Source of the DNA: Guillardia theta CCMP2712
Lineage: Eukaryota; Protista; Cryptophyta
Assembly (NCBI RefSeq): GCF_000315625.1
Contig: NW_005434542.1
Location: 120,087-184,086 of the forward strand
Length of the DNA stretch: 64,000 bases
Direction of reading: 5' to 3'
A program made the translations under genes and the position numbers. Under the pieces are notes generated by a model that was given only the letters and a program-made list of their open reading frames with translations, had not been told where the DNA came from and did no database searches. Of this stretch, positions 22,061 to 35,172 are shown piece by piece (position 1 is the first letter of the stretch; every line of letters begins with the position of its first letter).

Positions 22061-24697
22061 ATGACGCAGGAATTGAGGACCTTGATGGTTGCCAGGCTTG
22101 CTCGAGGAGCTACGATGTGGGGGAGGGGAGGATGTTCAATTCAATTCTATCTGGCAACCCTTGTGGTGTTGGTATGGCAACAGCAAGCAAGGGCGTTCGC
22201 TCCTGCCATGCCATCGAGCTCTTGTGCGAGGATGGCCATGTTCAATCACAGATGTTTCGGCGGCAGACACTCAACGGAAAGGTAACGCTGATATCCTCTT
22301 GCGTCATCCATGAGACAAACCCATACTTTTAGTTGGCCCGCAAAAACTCGGAGGAGAGAATCGTTACCCGGCAGACTACGGCTCTCGTCAAACGAAGATC
22401 TCAACAAGGAGCGCAGGCAGGTCTTGGCGACCATTCTTTCTCCCCTGGCAGCAGGTGGCAATAAGGAGGATGTACGGATAGTTCGTCATGCCTGACCTTA
22501 CCGTTGCAGTTTCGACAGCATACCTGATAGTGGTCAGACTTGTCGATTTCCCAACCACGTTGTTTGACGGTTGTCCTTTCCAGCCTCTTGTGCTGGGCAG
22601 CGGGACGAGAAGCTCGGGATGGTACAAGAAGATGTTTGCTGAGAACATGGTGTGCGACGGACTGGGAGGTCAAGATTTTGACAATTTTGCAAGGAGTCCA
22701 TGGACGATTACGAGGAGGGGGTGTCCGGAATGAAGAGGAGCCTCTTCAGCCTGATGCAGGACGACCAAGACGTGCTTGGTGCGGACGATTTTGTTCCCCG
22801 GATCGATTCTCATCCTCTCACTCCTTCAGAGATCGGAGCTGGGCTAGGCCCCAACCTCCCTTACTTCCCTTCCTCGATTCGATACACGGCAGGTGGAATG
22901 ACAACTCAATGCTCCTCCTCCCCTCCTGATCCTCCACTTCTTCCTTCTCTCTCCTCCTGCTCCCCTCCTCCTGCTCTCCTCCTCCTCCTCCTGCTCCTCC
23001 TCCCCTCCCCCTCCTCCTCCTTCTCTTCATCCTCTTCATCCTCCTGATGGACTGACTGCCTGACGACAACAGTGGAGCCCAACCAATTCATGCACGAGCG
23101 GCTGATGGAGAAGTCCGCTCGCTTCCTCAAGGAGCCCTTGAAACTGGTCGATGACATCCGGTGAGGAGATGAGAGATGCGACGAGGAGGAAGAGAAGGAG
23201 AAGGAGAGATGGGAGGGAAGTCGGGAGGAGACGGAGACGAGAGGAGAAGAGCGAAAGTGAGATCAGTATGAGGCAAGCAAGACGAGAAGTTGGAGGGAAG
23301 AGATCGAAGGAGAGCAAAGAAGGAAGGGTCCCAGGGCGTTGGAATGCTCTTGACTGACCCATGGGATGGAGAATGATTCCATCTGCTTCCATGGACGTCG
23401 TCGTCTCCACTCTAGTTCTCTGCAGCGTACAAAACCAAGTGAGGAAGTCAGATGCAAGCATCCAGCAAGACTGATAACCATGTGCAGGAAGAAATGCTCG
23501 ATGAGGAAAGCGAATCCGTTCCACCTGCACCTGCCGCCTTCTCCTTCTCGACCATCCCTAACCCTGCTTCACCTCGCTCCCCCTCCCGTCTCAGCCTCTC
23601 TGCTCAACAGCCTCCTCCCTCCCTTGGTTGATCTTGGTTCCATCAGATTCTCAGAGTCCTCCGGCCCGGAGGGACCTTCCTCTTCGTGGAGCACGTCATC
23701 GAGCGATCGCAGGTGGCGCCGATGGCCTTGTCAGGCCCCTTACCAGTCCTCAGGGATATCCTACACCTTACAACCAGAAGTCCTTCAACTGGAGCAAGGC
23801 CTGGTACAGGTGAGAGGCAGGAGTTGAGGACGAGATGGGACGGGAAGGGACGGGAAGGGACGGGGCAGGAGGAGAGAGGGGACAGGACAGGAGGAGGGAG
23901 GAAGGAAACCACAGGGTGGGGAAGAAGAGTTGAGACGGATGTAGAAGATGAGCCGGAGGGGAAGGAAGGAGGGAGGGTCGAGGGTCGAGGTCGGGATAAG
24001 GCAGTAGAGAGCCGAGGAGGCTGAAGAAAGGAAGAGAGGAGAGGAGAGGAGAGGAGAGGGGGGGAGAGAGGGGAGTCAAGAGGAGAGGAGAGGAGTGGAG
24101 AGGAGAGGAGAGGAGAGCGAATGAACTCATTCTCTTCCCAGGTGGTTTCAGAGGGCCATCACCCCCCTCCAAGTGAGACTCCGTCCGTTGCTTCTGGTGC
24201 TTCAGTGAGATGAGGCGACAGGTGGCGCTTGCAGACGGCTGCCATGCCGACAGGTGGAGGATGAAGAGGCGGGGAGGAGGAGGCCTAACGGCAGCATGGC
24301 AGGGATACTCTCGCTGCGATGCAGAGCAAGTTGTTGAGCTGGGGGCGACTGATGCTGCAGCTGACGACGTTGTTGGTGGCATGATGGTTGGTCGCCGTGA
24401 AGGTTTTCGGACGTGTACTGCAAGCATTTCTATGTGAGGAGGAGGATCAAGTTTGGTCAGGTGTGACTGTCCGGTTAGATTCCTGAGCTGTGGGGGGGGG
24501 AGGACTGGTGGAGTTTCTTTCCTATCGGGCCACAGGTGAGCAGGACCGTTCGAGAAGAGTGTGAGGGTCAGATGTACGAATTGGGTGATAGTCATGACGG
24601 TGATGGTTCCTGAAATGCCCATGGGGATTGCGATGACGATGGCGATGGCGATGACGATGATGATGACGATGATGATGACGATGATGATGACGATGAC

Positions 24698-24736
<39 letters not shown>

Positions 24737-24849
24737 ATCTTGGTCGAGGCGATGATGAGTTTGACGCCAGTGCATAGATTGCTGGTGTCGCCATCAAACG
24801 TCCCCTCAAGGACTCTGGGGTCCTAGCAAAGGTTCGTCAGACTTCCTAA
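22061..24849 (+). CDS. Plastid-targeted class I SAM methyltransferase (METTL7/Methyltransf_11-like), multi-exon
   Basis: Signal peptide ending ARA-FAP (22187-22204). Exons DVL-EIGAGLGPNLPYF, VEPNQFMHERL, SASMDVVVSTLVLCS, RVLRPGGTFLFVEHV, ADGCHA and terminal IAGVAIK. Stop at about 24849. Confidence 0.85.
24630..24735. repeat. Intronic (GAT/GAC)n trinucleotide repeat
   Basis: Direct reading. It generates the spurious poly-H, poly-I and poly-M ORFs. Confidence 0.9.
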
Positions 24850-27800
24850 CAGCCGAAAGTGACATCTGAGCAATATCTTCAGATTCAGTTTCAGTTTTGC
24901 GCCGCACAAGATGAAGTGAGAAGGCCGAGCCCTCCTGTTCCCTTGCCCTCACCCTCCTGCAGACGAATCCCGGAGACAGTAGCTCACGGAGAGTCCGATG
25001 CGACTGATCGCCAGAGTGCTGGACGTCCAGCAACGACCGCGGAGCTGGTGCTTCTACTCGTTATTGTGGCAGCAGACTGATCCGATGCAAGAGACTCTCC
25101 GGATGAACGCGGTCTATCACTTCATCCTGACCCTCGACCACGACGAGGACGACTCTAGAACAGACTGACGGTACGCCGAAGACTCTGAGGGGCTGATCTC
25201 AGTCACAACCTCAGTCTGAAGCTTCGAGGCATCTGCTACTGTCAGGTCGAACCCGGGGAAGGAACTCTGTATAGAGAATAAAACTTTCTCTACAGCAAGA
25301 ATACGCAAGAATGAGGCGAGCATGGAGGGCCTTGTATCCTCTGCTCCCATCATGAGTACAAAAACCTACAGACCTTTCTCGCTGCTCGGATAAGAACCCC
25401 AACGCCCTGCCCTCCCCGGCGTCAACGGCGACCTCTGATTCTTGAGATGAGCCAGACGAAAGATAGCGCTCCCAGGACAAACAGCTGCAGAAAGATTCAC
25501 GTCATGCCAACAGGAGGAGCAGACAGCCAAGTAGTTCTTACCCCTGTACCGACCCTTGCTTCCGTTGGTGATAGTTGGAGGTCCATGTGGAAGTCCCCGC
25601 CGGACCTGTGGAGCAACAAGGTTGGGAGGAGGCGGACGGCCCAGGAAGCCGTACCTTCGCCACCATTCCTGTCCGAGTTCAACAGCCTGAGGCTGACCTT
25701 GCGGACCAGCTCCTGCAGCCGGCGAGTGAATCAGCAACGAGCAACTTTCAGAGGTAGAGCAGTTGGCACCTGACGCCTTTTCCGAGGGGACATCCAACTG
25801 AGAAGTCGCAGCAGCTTTGACAGCTTCGGGAAGATCGTCATTTGGCAGAGACGACGATGACATCTCGTTTTCTTCTATCGCTATCCCCTGAACAAAATGG
25901 CACGAACGAGTCACGGCGAGCGTTTCTCATGGTCAGTCTGACAGACCTTGAGAGCAAAAGCTGAATGCAACTCAGTCTCTTCCAAGACAGGGAGCCTGTC
26001 TACCCCATGACCAAAAGAATAGGTGTGATAATCTTGAGCTCGGATGTTAGTGTGTGACAAATCCAAAAGGCTGTATCACACCTTCCTCCATATCAGGATC
26101 CCAGTCAGAAGCAGAGAGCTGAAAGAGTTTCTGTCAGATATCTTCTTCGATACGTTGAACATGGAGCTAAGAGAGGGGAGGATGTTTCAAAGAAAAAAAT
26201 CATCATGGTAGTGATCGAGAGAATGTCCAAGAGATCTCAGAGGTAACAAGAGCGGACGAAACATATCACAAAGAGCATTCAGCAAGCAACATGAAACAAA
26301 CATACATTGCTTTCTCGTCGGCTAGGGATGTCAGGATCGCACTCTGGTGGAATTTCCAAACCAGTCCTCTTCAGGCAAGATGTCAATATTCCAAAAATCA
26401 CGTTTTTGCCCTCCCGACCTGCATGAAGTCCGCGGTGAACTTTCCATGAGCCCCTTCACGCATTGACAGTAGAGTCTGGCACGCGGATCAGAGATTCTGC
26501 CTCGATCCAGGAGGAAGGTCACCTCGAATCGAGGAGGCGTATCTGGTGAGAGCGGCTCGTATCTTGGACGGTCTCGCATTGGATTCGGCTTCACTGTGCC
26601 ATCAGGCATTTGCAATGGCCGCCTGCAGGGTAATAACATGTCAGAATGGCACTCCTAGTTACGACAGGAACTGATCTCAAAACAGAAAGGTGTTAAAAAA
26701 CTCACAGTTCTTTCACTGGCGGTAGAGTTTCCGTAGCAAACAGTAGCTGCTTTAAAGAATATCTGAAATAGCCCTATCAGGGCAATCCAAGAGGACAGCA
26801 ACTCAAGGCCACTCAGCATCGAATTACTCACAAATTCCTGGAAGGCGCTGCTTCTGGATTCATGGGGGGTAATTGTACTGGATCCAAGTCCAATGCTGCA
26901 AGTTCCTGTAGAAATCTCACTTCAAGAAATACGAACTCAACCTCCAAAATACCGGAGGTGCTTCCGTGAAGGACATTCTGGGAAGCCGGGGAGCGGACAA
27001 GCTTTCACTTCTATCTCTTTGATCATCATCGTGCCCATGCGAATATGTAACAGGAGCTGCTCATACATCAATCCCGATTAATGCTCTCTTCATTCGCTCA
27101 TACCTATAGGCTTGTGCCATGCCGGCTCCATATCAGGAGAATGTTCAAGTTTAGCAGAGCGATTCTCTGTCTTCTGCTCTTCAACCACATCCTGCTTCTG
27201 CTCTTCGGTCACATCCTGCTTCTGCTCTTGGACCATATCCTGCTTCTGCTCTTCCATAGGATCCTGTTTCTGTTCGTCTACAGGATCCTCAGACTGTAAG
27301 ACTGGCGTGGGATTGTTCTGCAACTCCCAGTTAGCAGAGGATGATTGTCATCGGTTGGTGGGAAGAGGCGATTGATTATGTGAGAGAACATAGGAATACA
27401 AGTTTCTCCTCTCATTCTGTGGAGGTAGATGTGCTCAGGGCGGAGGGAAACAGATATGATGGAAGTAGTAATCCTGACAAGGTCGGTGACACATGGTTTG
27501 AATGGGCAATGGTGAACATAGAAGGACTCGAGATGGATTCTCACACAGCATGAGACAGGACTGGTATCTGGAAGGGCTTGAGTACAAGGATGGAGGCAGT
27601 GGGGGGTCTTTCGCAGAAGAAGGGATAAGGCCAGACGGGGTGGTATTTGTGATGGACAAGGTTGGCAAGGAAAGGTGCACATGGATGGTGAGCAGAAGGG
27701 CGGGGCAAGGGGTAATGACTAAGATCCAGGACAGGAGGAACAGCAGGAGAAAGAACAAGGACGCTCGGAGTGCACGAGCATCGAAGAATGCAGAGGGGGG

Positions 27801-27985
27801 GAAAGAACTGGAGGAAGCGAGAGAGTGAGGGAGGAGCGAAGGAGGCAGGGAGTTGGTTGCAGTCACGTGGGGAGAAGGAAGATCTGTGGGAAGGGGATCG
27901 GTGGGAAGAGATTGGCGGGAAGGAGACAGGAGGAAGGACATGGGGCTGTTGCCTTCGGCTTGCTCTTGGCGCCCTTCTTGCCCAT
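24806..27985 (-). CDS. Hypothetical multi-exon low-complexity protein; could be more than one gene
   Basis: Starts MGKKGAKSKPK. A chain of minus-strand ORFs bounded by splice-like sites (27090-27323, 26331-26639, 25366-25914, 25117-25353, 24806-25033). No recognisable domain. Confidence 0.4.
27171..27290. repeat. 24-bp coding tandem repeat x5 (EQKQDxxE)
   Basis: Unit CTTCTGCTCTTnnnnnnnATCCTG. Confidence 0.85.
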
Positions 27986-28914
27986 GGCGGCGGAGCTTTG
28001 GAGCGAAGGGGAAGAACTGGGGAAAAGAGGGGTGGGGTCCATTAGGGGTAGGGGTCCCCATACGGGGTTAGGGGTTATCCTGAAAGCAAGGTAACACAAA
28101 AGAAGGTAGGGGTAATGAGATGACGGGTATCATTGACCGAAAAATGTGCTTCAAAATAAGGGGTAAACAATAAAATCAGTCATGGAGGGGGTGGGTCACC
28201 CAATAATTTTCGATCGGTGGGAGGTTAACGGGGTAGTAACTTAAATTATAGTTATAGTTTTGGTGGGTAGTCATGAATCCAAGTACCGGTACTTTGAAAA
28301 CACAATTCTCTGCTGTAGCTAGGGTAGGGTACTGAGAGTGTAGAGGCTCACATCGCAGAGGGGGTGAATCCAAGTATAAAAATGATTTTTTCAATAGTTT
28401 GTATCACATTTATTACTTATTACTTGATTTATAATGCATACTTATAATAATAAAATAAACAAAAAACTGTTTTTGTCAGTGCCGTATGCCCAGTGCACTG
28501 GCAGGGCGCCGCCGGGCCGCCGGACCCGAGCGGCCAGGGATCGGCGGGGCGGCCGGGCTCCGGCCCGCGGCCCGCAGGGACTCCTCGGAGTCCTCGAATT
28601 CTCGGTACTGCGCATGACGCTGCCGGCCCGCCGCGGCCGGCATTAACTCAACTGGCAAGCTTCCGAATGTGACTCACGGTACGTGACCGACGGTCGAACC
28701 GTCAGTTGGGCCAGTTGCTTCCGAGCTGCCGCTTGGAGCCTGAGTCCTGGCGAAGCCTGCCACCGCCGCGTGACTCGGATCGGACCCGGCGGCGATCCGG
28801 ACGGGCCGGACCGGCGGATCGGACGCCGGGTCCCGGCGGAGGGCCGGGGACCCGGTGACCCGGGCCCGGCCGGGGCGCGCCGGGCCCCCGGGGCCCGGGC
28901 CGCCGTCCGATTCT

Positions 28915-29432
28915 GATCCGCCCGGCCGGACCGTACGGTACTCGAGGCCCTCCACTAAGTTCACTCACTGTCAAGCAGCCTCGGCCGGGCGGCGCCGGGT
29001 CACCTGGCCGTGCCTGACTCGTGAGTACGGTCCGAGCCCCGCCGCACACCGCCCGGGGTTCGGTTCCGAAGTGGCAACCGGTTCACTAGGCCTACGGTGG
29101 CACGGCGCCGCCTCGGTGGGCCCGCGGCTCCGCCGGCTGAGGCCAGGACTCTGGATAACCAGAGATCATCGGCCCGGATCCGCCCGGCCGGACCGTACGG
29201 TACTCGAGGCCCTCCACTAAGTTCACTCACTGTCAAGCAGCCTCGGCCGGGCGGCGCCGGGTCACCTGGCCGTGCCTGACTCGTGAGTACGGTCCGAGCC
29301 CCGCCGCACACCGCCCGGGGTTCGGTTCCGAAGTGGCAACCGGTTCACTAGGCCTACGGTGGCACGGCGCCGCCTCGGTGGGCCCGCGGCTCCGCCGGCT
29401 GAGGCCAGGACTCTGGATAACCAGAGATCATC
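28915..29432. repeat. Apparently exact 256-bp direct duplication (period 262) in a GC-rich intergenic island
   Basis: 28915-29170 matches 29177-29432; both begin GATCCGCCCGG and end AGAGATCATC. Confidence 0.9.
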
Positions 29433-30226
29433 TTCTCTTTACGACCATGACCACTCTTTTACTCAAACCATGAGGTTGCCCTAGGGGGCTCTTATATGAG
29501 GTCCTAGTCCTGTACCCCCACCCTTCTTTTCAATCACTCCTACCCACAAGGCGCATTCAGGCTGAACCACCCATAACCTACCCCTGCACCACAGTTGTCT
29601 GGTCGAAACACCCCGTGTAGGACTACCCCACCTGCTCCAGTAGTACCCTACCTGACATGATTCACCTTCTCCTAGGTAGCCCATCCTATCTCTTTTCCCC
29701 AACAACGATCGCTCTGGAACCTCTGTGACCACCCTACCCTGAGAATTACACCCTACCCCTCAGATCAAAACAGTTCCGTAACTGATTACCCCCTGATAAT
29801 ACTTGAAATACCCTGAATTGATACGGGTCACTTCAACACCCACCCCATCATTTCAGCTCCGAGGGAGCACCACCCAGGAAGCCATTTCTTACGACCGGTG
29901 CAGGATCGGGGGAAACTGCGAATCGATATGCGCGTCGTGGTAAGAAGAGGAAGAGCGGGAAGAAATGGAAAAGTTGGGGAGGGAGCAAGAAGGGAACAGA
30001 TTGAGAGAGATCATTTAGATACTAACTAGCGAAATGTGGTGCTTCATGAGAACCGGGGAGGGCAGTTTCTAGTTTTGCCTTGATGCAATTGATCTTTGTT
30101 TCACACACATACATACGCAATCGAATTATCATCTCGTCTTGTTGTACTGACAATGACTCGTATCAATATTCTTACAAACATAAAACGTGTTTCTATGCTG
30201 GTTGAGCGCCTGATTGAAGTTTCCAG

Positions 30227-30451
30227 ACATTCTTGCTGGTTTTGGTCCAATGCCTGATTGCCATCTTTGGAGCAACCCATGCCTCTGTTCTTCCAAGCGT
30301 GAATGTGAACTCCGCAAGGAACTTGAACCTAAGAGGAGGAGGTGAGGACAAACAGAAGCCGGAAGGCAAGGGCAAGAAGGGAGGAAAGGGAGGAAAGGCT
30401 GCGGGACAGCAGGAGAAAGCTGGAGGAGCTGAGGACAAGAAGAAGAAGTGA
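30227..30451 (+). CDS. Small protein: signal peptide + LNLRGG + short Lys/Gly-rich peptide; start exon upstream and unresolved
   Basis: After acceptor TTTCCAG: TFLLVLVQCLIAIFGATHA-SVLPSVNVNSARNLNLRGG-GEDKQKPEGKGKKGGKGGKAAGQQEKAGGAEDKKKK*. Confidence 0.55.
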   Translation, partial: TFLLVLVQCLIAIFGATHASVLPSVNVNSARNLNLRGGGEDKQKPEGKGKKGGKGGKAAGQQEKAGGAEDKKKK

Positions 30452-30527
30452 GAAGACTACGGCAAGTGAACCTCGTGGCTAATGGTGACGGATGTTTGTT
30501 GTTGTCTCTGTTCAGAACCAACTGCGA

Positions 30528-31625
30528 TCAACCTTCCTCCGGGTTCTTGCACATGCCGTTACCAATAAAATGGTGATAGTGGTGAAACTGCAAGACTTTG
30601 TTTATGGGATTTTTAGCGATGAGCTGATTTCTATACAAGAGAAGCTCCTGGACGGCACAGCTCGCCAAGCAGGTCACGAAATTTCCCCCCCACCTTCCTT
30701 TGACACGAGATCGGCGGCTGTCAGTCCATGGAGATCCTGATGAACTGAGATCAGGCGAGAGAGTGCGTATGTGACAAGACGGTCTTACACGGATCCCATC
30801 ATTCGCGCCATGATTCATGAGATGTACCACCTGATATTAAACACTTGAGTAGAATCAAGAAGAGACTTCACAATATATCCTCACGCAGGAGGAGAAGCCA
30901 GCAGGCATGCTGTAGTGAAGCGCAGTCCGTCCAACAGAGTCTTGGATGTTCGGATCCGCCCCTGATTCGAGGAGTAGTTTTGACACCTTGCAGAGTGAAA
31001 CTGTCAGGCGACACGTTAGAGCAGAACAGATGACGAGGCTTACATCCCCGTGGCCGTTCATGGCAGCATAATGCAACAAGGTGAACCCTTTGACGTCCTT
31101 GAGAGAAAGGTCTATCTTGTGCCTCTGTAGCACCTCAGCGATCTGTTTGCTTTTGCCATCCTTGGCCAATTGAAAAATCGAGAAGTCATCTGCACAGTCG
31201 CGGCGTCAAACAGCATGCTTCTGTAACTGAGGAAGCCACAAGGTGGGGCTGGACCACATGGGAAAGGAAATTCATACCAGGAGCGGTGCTCATGAATCTC
31301 AGCGCCCGATGAACACCTTGAGATGGAGCGGAAACAAGCAGTAAGTATCACCTGAAGAGGCCAACGGAACACACCTGATCTTCCGGATGATCTCGGGCCG
31401 AGCAACGCAATAGGGCTCCTCCCAACCCAGTCTTTTAGCGATTGCATTGCATAGCGCGAGTGGTGCATAGCCGAGACAGTGAGGCGACGGACGGGGGGAG
31501 AAGACATGTTCTTCTAGTCTGATCAGTGACGAGCTCTATGCTGAAACCTTCACTGCTTCCTTTGCTTCCCCGGCCTCCTCCCTTGCTGCAGCTACACAAC
31601 TGGATCCGGCCTTGCCAAATTCCAT
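30528..31625 (-). CDS. Ankyrin-repeat protein, multi-exon
   Basis: KDVKGFTLLHYAAMNGHGD; VSKLLLESGADPNIQDSVGRTALHYS; VVHLMNHGAN. Confidence 0.8.
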
Positions 31626-32000
31626 GTAACGGAAATAACTGTAATACTCGACCAACGGACAAAGAGCGACGGAGGGAAGAGGGAGGAGAGGAGGAGAGGA
31701 GGAGAGGAGAAGAGAGGAGAGGAGAAGAGAGGAGAGGAGAGAGAAAGAGAACCGAGAGAAGACGAGGTAGTACCGAAGAAGAGAATGCAATAGAGGGGTG
31801 GCTCGCACAGGTTGAAAGACAAGGCGCAAGCGATAAATTCGTCTCAGTCAGTTCCTCTTTCATACACGAGTCAGTTCCTCTTTCATACACATTGTTTAAC
31901 CTTGAAAAAGGAGCTCAAGATTTTAAATTCGTGCTAGGATTGTCTGAACTTGGAGAGGAAATGGCTGCGACATGATCTGAGGGGCGATTTCAAACTGAAG

Positions 32001-34791
32001 ATGGAAGTGTCGGTTGAAGCCGGCGAGGCCCACGTGCCTCCCTCCTCAGACGAGGACAGAGAGACTTACAAACCTACCAGGACGAGCAGCGAAGGGGGAC
32101 AAAAGTTCAGACCGATCAGTGCTCCGAGATGTTACGGCAACCTCCGATCGAAGACAAACCAAACCCACGACAGAGGGCTGAGTCAGCACGATGTGCTCAC
32201 GATAGACAAGCAGTACTACGCCAAGGTGAAGACCTTCCAGCATCGACCGACGAGCGCTCCCAACATTCGGGAGGGAGAAGAGGCGGATGATGAGGAGGGC
32301 TCGAGGAAGTTGCCCTACATCGATGATTGGGACGATGACGACGAGGGCACCGAAGAAAACATTCTGAACGACAAGCAGGACTTCCTGTTCAGCCCTCAGA
32401 ACACAGAGGAGCACGAGTCTCAGAAGGGACAGCACCTCAACCTATCAAACTCCATCGGAGTTAAGCGTGACGGAGCGTTCCACAGGTCCGCGTCAGGGAA
32501 GCATCGCAAGAGCAGGAGGAAATTGCCACAGCATTCTCCCACCTTCGAGTCCAACGGGGCCCTCCGCTTCATACGAACCCCCGTCAACTCAGCCCCTCCC
32601 ACTCGCATCTACTCACCTCTGTACGGAGAGAGGAGTGAATTCAACTCCTTCAGACCGATCTGGGCTCTTAGCAAGCCATCTGAGGTAGCGCATCGCTCGT
32701 TGCACGTCTGACGGGCAAACTCACTTTCATGCAGGAGCAGTCCCTGTCGAGCTCCTTGAGGCATGTAGAGAGAGAGAGACCTAAGATTCCAAGGAGAAGC
32801 TCCTCTGCTACCTTGATCCGCACCATCGCTGCCGATCCCAGCAGGCCCAGATCGAGTTTGGCTCCCGTCCCACTACTGGTGCAGTCGACAACGAGGGTGT
32901 CTTAAGAGTTGCTCCTTACGTTTGTGCAGGTGGTCAAGAACCCGCTGGCTACGAAGCTGGGGAAGAACACAGGAGACCTGGAGGAGATAGGAGGGAGCTT
33001 CGAGCCCTTGAAGAGCCAGAGCTCGCTGCCCGATTACGACGCTCTCCACGACCCTCACCTGAGGAGGTTCTGGAGCAGGCAGGACCTGCAGCATGTGCTG
33101 AAGCTCAAGGGGATGATCCGAGACGAGTATGCCCCGGACACCGGCCTGTTTGAGTCAGGTGAGAGCTCCTGACCATGGCTTTCTGCGCTGACTTGCTGGG
33201 ATCAGCCATGGCCAAGGAGCTGGCGGATCTGTCGGCGCAGCGCGACATCCGGGATATGATGATGGAGCAAACGGCAGCGATGAAGCGGCAGAGGAGCCAG
33301 AGGAGGGTCTCTCAGTCCGCAGCGAGGAAGCTGACTCTAGAGGTATGCGAGGACGCGCACGAGAACGTTGAGGCAAAGATACATATCTCCAAGGAGCAGC
33401 CGGTGATCTCAGCATGGCTGAGTTGGGGGAAGAGCCAGGGGGACTCGGCGCCAGATCTGGATCTATCCTGCATCTGCTTCGATGACAAGGGGCGCGTGCT
33501 TGAAATCATCTTCTACAGGTCCCTGGTCGGGAAGAACGAGGCCCTGGTGCACCTGGGGGACGACTTCGACCGGGCACAAGATGCTGCAGTCAGCTCAGAC
33601 GGGGTGCTGCTTGACCATGCTGCAGACGTGCGGAGGGAGGAGACGATACTGGTGGAGCTGCCTCGGATCATGCAGTCGGTGGTTGCCATCGCGTTCGTGG
33701 TCACTTGCTTCAGCGACGAGGGCGGGCTAGCCGATGCCGTCGGAGCGGAGCTGATCCTGTGCTCAGGGTCCAGCCGATCCAACCCTGAGGACGAGCTCGT
33801 CCGCCACTACCTGTCGAGCGAGCGGTACAACGCGGCGCTGACGTCGATGGTGGTCAGGGACCGCTCCTCTCCGAGCAACTGGAGCATTCGGACGATCACG
33901 AGGGTCGCCATGGCGAACGTGGCGGTGGAGATGGTGCAGATGGTTCAGTCTCTGCTGCGGAACAGAGAGATCTGCTCGCCCTACACGGTCCTGATTGAAT
34001 ACTGCACGGCAACTCGGCCCACCTCCTCGCTGCGGGGGAAGAAGTCAGAGTTCACCAAGGCCTACAAAGCAGTAGTGAAGGCCATCAGCCATGCCTTCCC
34101 CTTCGTCAGGGTCGTCGGGAACCCCCAGGGCCTCGTGGAGAAGCCTCGGATCGGCTCCTTCGAAGTCACGCTGCTCGACGGCAGCCGGGTAGTGAAGCTC
34201 ATCTGGTCCAAGTTGATGCTCGGCCGGTGGCCCCAGAAGATGGACACGATCCTGAGGCGGGTGGCGTCGGCCGTCAAGCAGGGCAGCACCGCAGCCCCCG
34301 TGCCGGACGAGAGGTCGGAGGTCGAGATCCGAATGGTCAACGCGTCAACCCGCGAGCGCCTGCCATGGGCGACGGTGGAGGTCCGAGCGCTGGGGATTGC
34401 GGCGCAGAAGCTGCAGATGCTGAACGGGGTGAAGAAGAAGGAGAAGCCGCGAGGTTGGATGGCAGACAAGAAGGGTCAGGAGGAGGCGCCGGCACGTTGC
34501 CAGTACCGCGTGCAAGCCGATGAGGATGGGAAGCTGAGGATTCGGATCCCTGGTGGAAGGTGAGGAGGGAGAAGGGCGGGGCAGGAGCATGGGAGCGTGA
34601 GGTGGAGAGGGGAGGGGGACTTGGATGGAGGCAGGAGGCAGAGACTCACGTCTTTGTGCAGGTACGAACTGTGGGGCATTTGTGCAGGATATGATTGTGA
34701 ATATCCGTTGGAGCTGCTTGTCAAACCTTTCTCGAAGACGAAGATGAAGGTGACATTGGCGCTGGCGTTGGAGAAGAGAAACCCAGTTTGA
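32001..34791 (+). CDS. Multidomain protein: disordered N-terminus, ERICH3/FSIP2-like motif, TerD domain, Rdx (SelT/W/H)-like domain, C-terminal beta-rich domain
   Basis: YDALHDPHLRRFWSRQDLQHVLKLKGMI. TerD: LSW...DLDLSCICFD...IIFY...VHLGD...ETILVELPRI...IAFVVT. Rdx-like: IEYC...PRIGSFEVT...LIWSKL..GRWP. Confidence 0.7.
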
Positions 34792-35172
34792 CAAGAAGAT
34801 CTTAACGGGCATCGCTAGCTGTACAAGTAAGCTGATTGTAATGAAAGCGTACAGGACCTTGACTGAGACGCGTCTGTCTGTGCACTTGACAACTGTCAGA
34901 TGGGTGTGCCGGTTGACAAGACAGACAAAGAAGAAGGCTGAGTTCGTGTTGTTGCTGATGTGCGTCTCCTCCTCCACGTTGCCTCTACCATCAACTTGGT
35001 CGTGCAGGTGACGACTGGATCGCGATTTCATGTTCGCATTGCTGCTGGGGGGATGGGGTGCAAGGGGGTCCTATACTTCAGAAGAGTAGGGGTACAAATA
35101 CACAATTTTCTGTGTTTGAGATGGGGTAGGGTAGTGGAAGGACGGGTGGCAGAGAAACAAAATAAGTTCTCC

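Noticed and set aside
23768-24809. Poly-Ile, poly-His and poly-Met ORFs
   Set aside because: Translations of an intronic (GAT)n repeat.
28040-28080. Telomere-like GGGGTTAGGGGTT
   Set aside because: Only about two degenerate units; treated as part of the G-run promoter zone.
33988-34270. Selenoprotein call for the Rdx-like domain
   Set aside because: No in-frame TGA at the Sec position.
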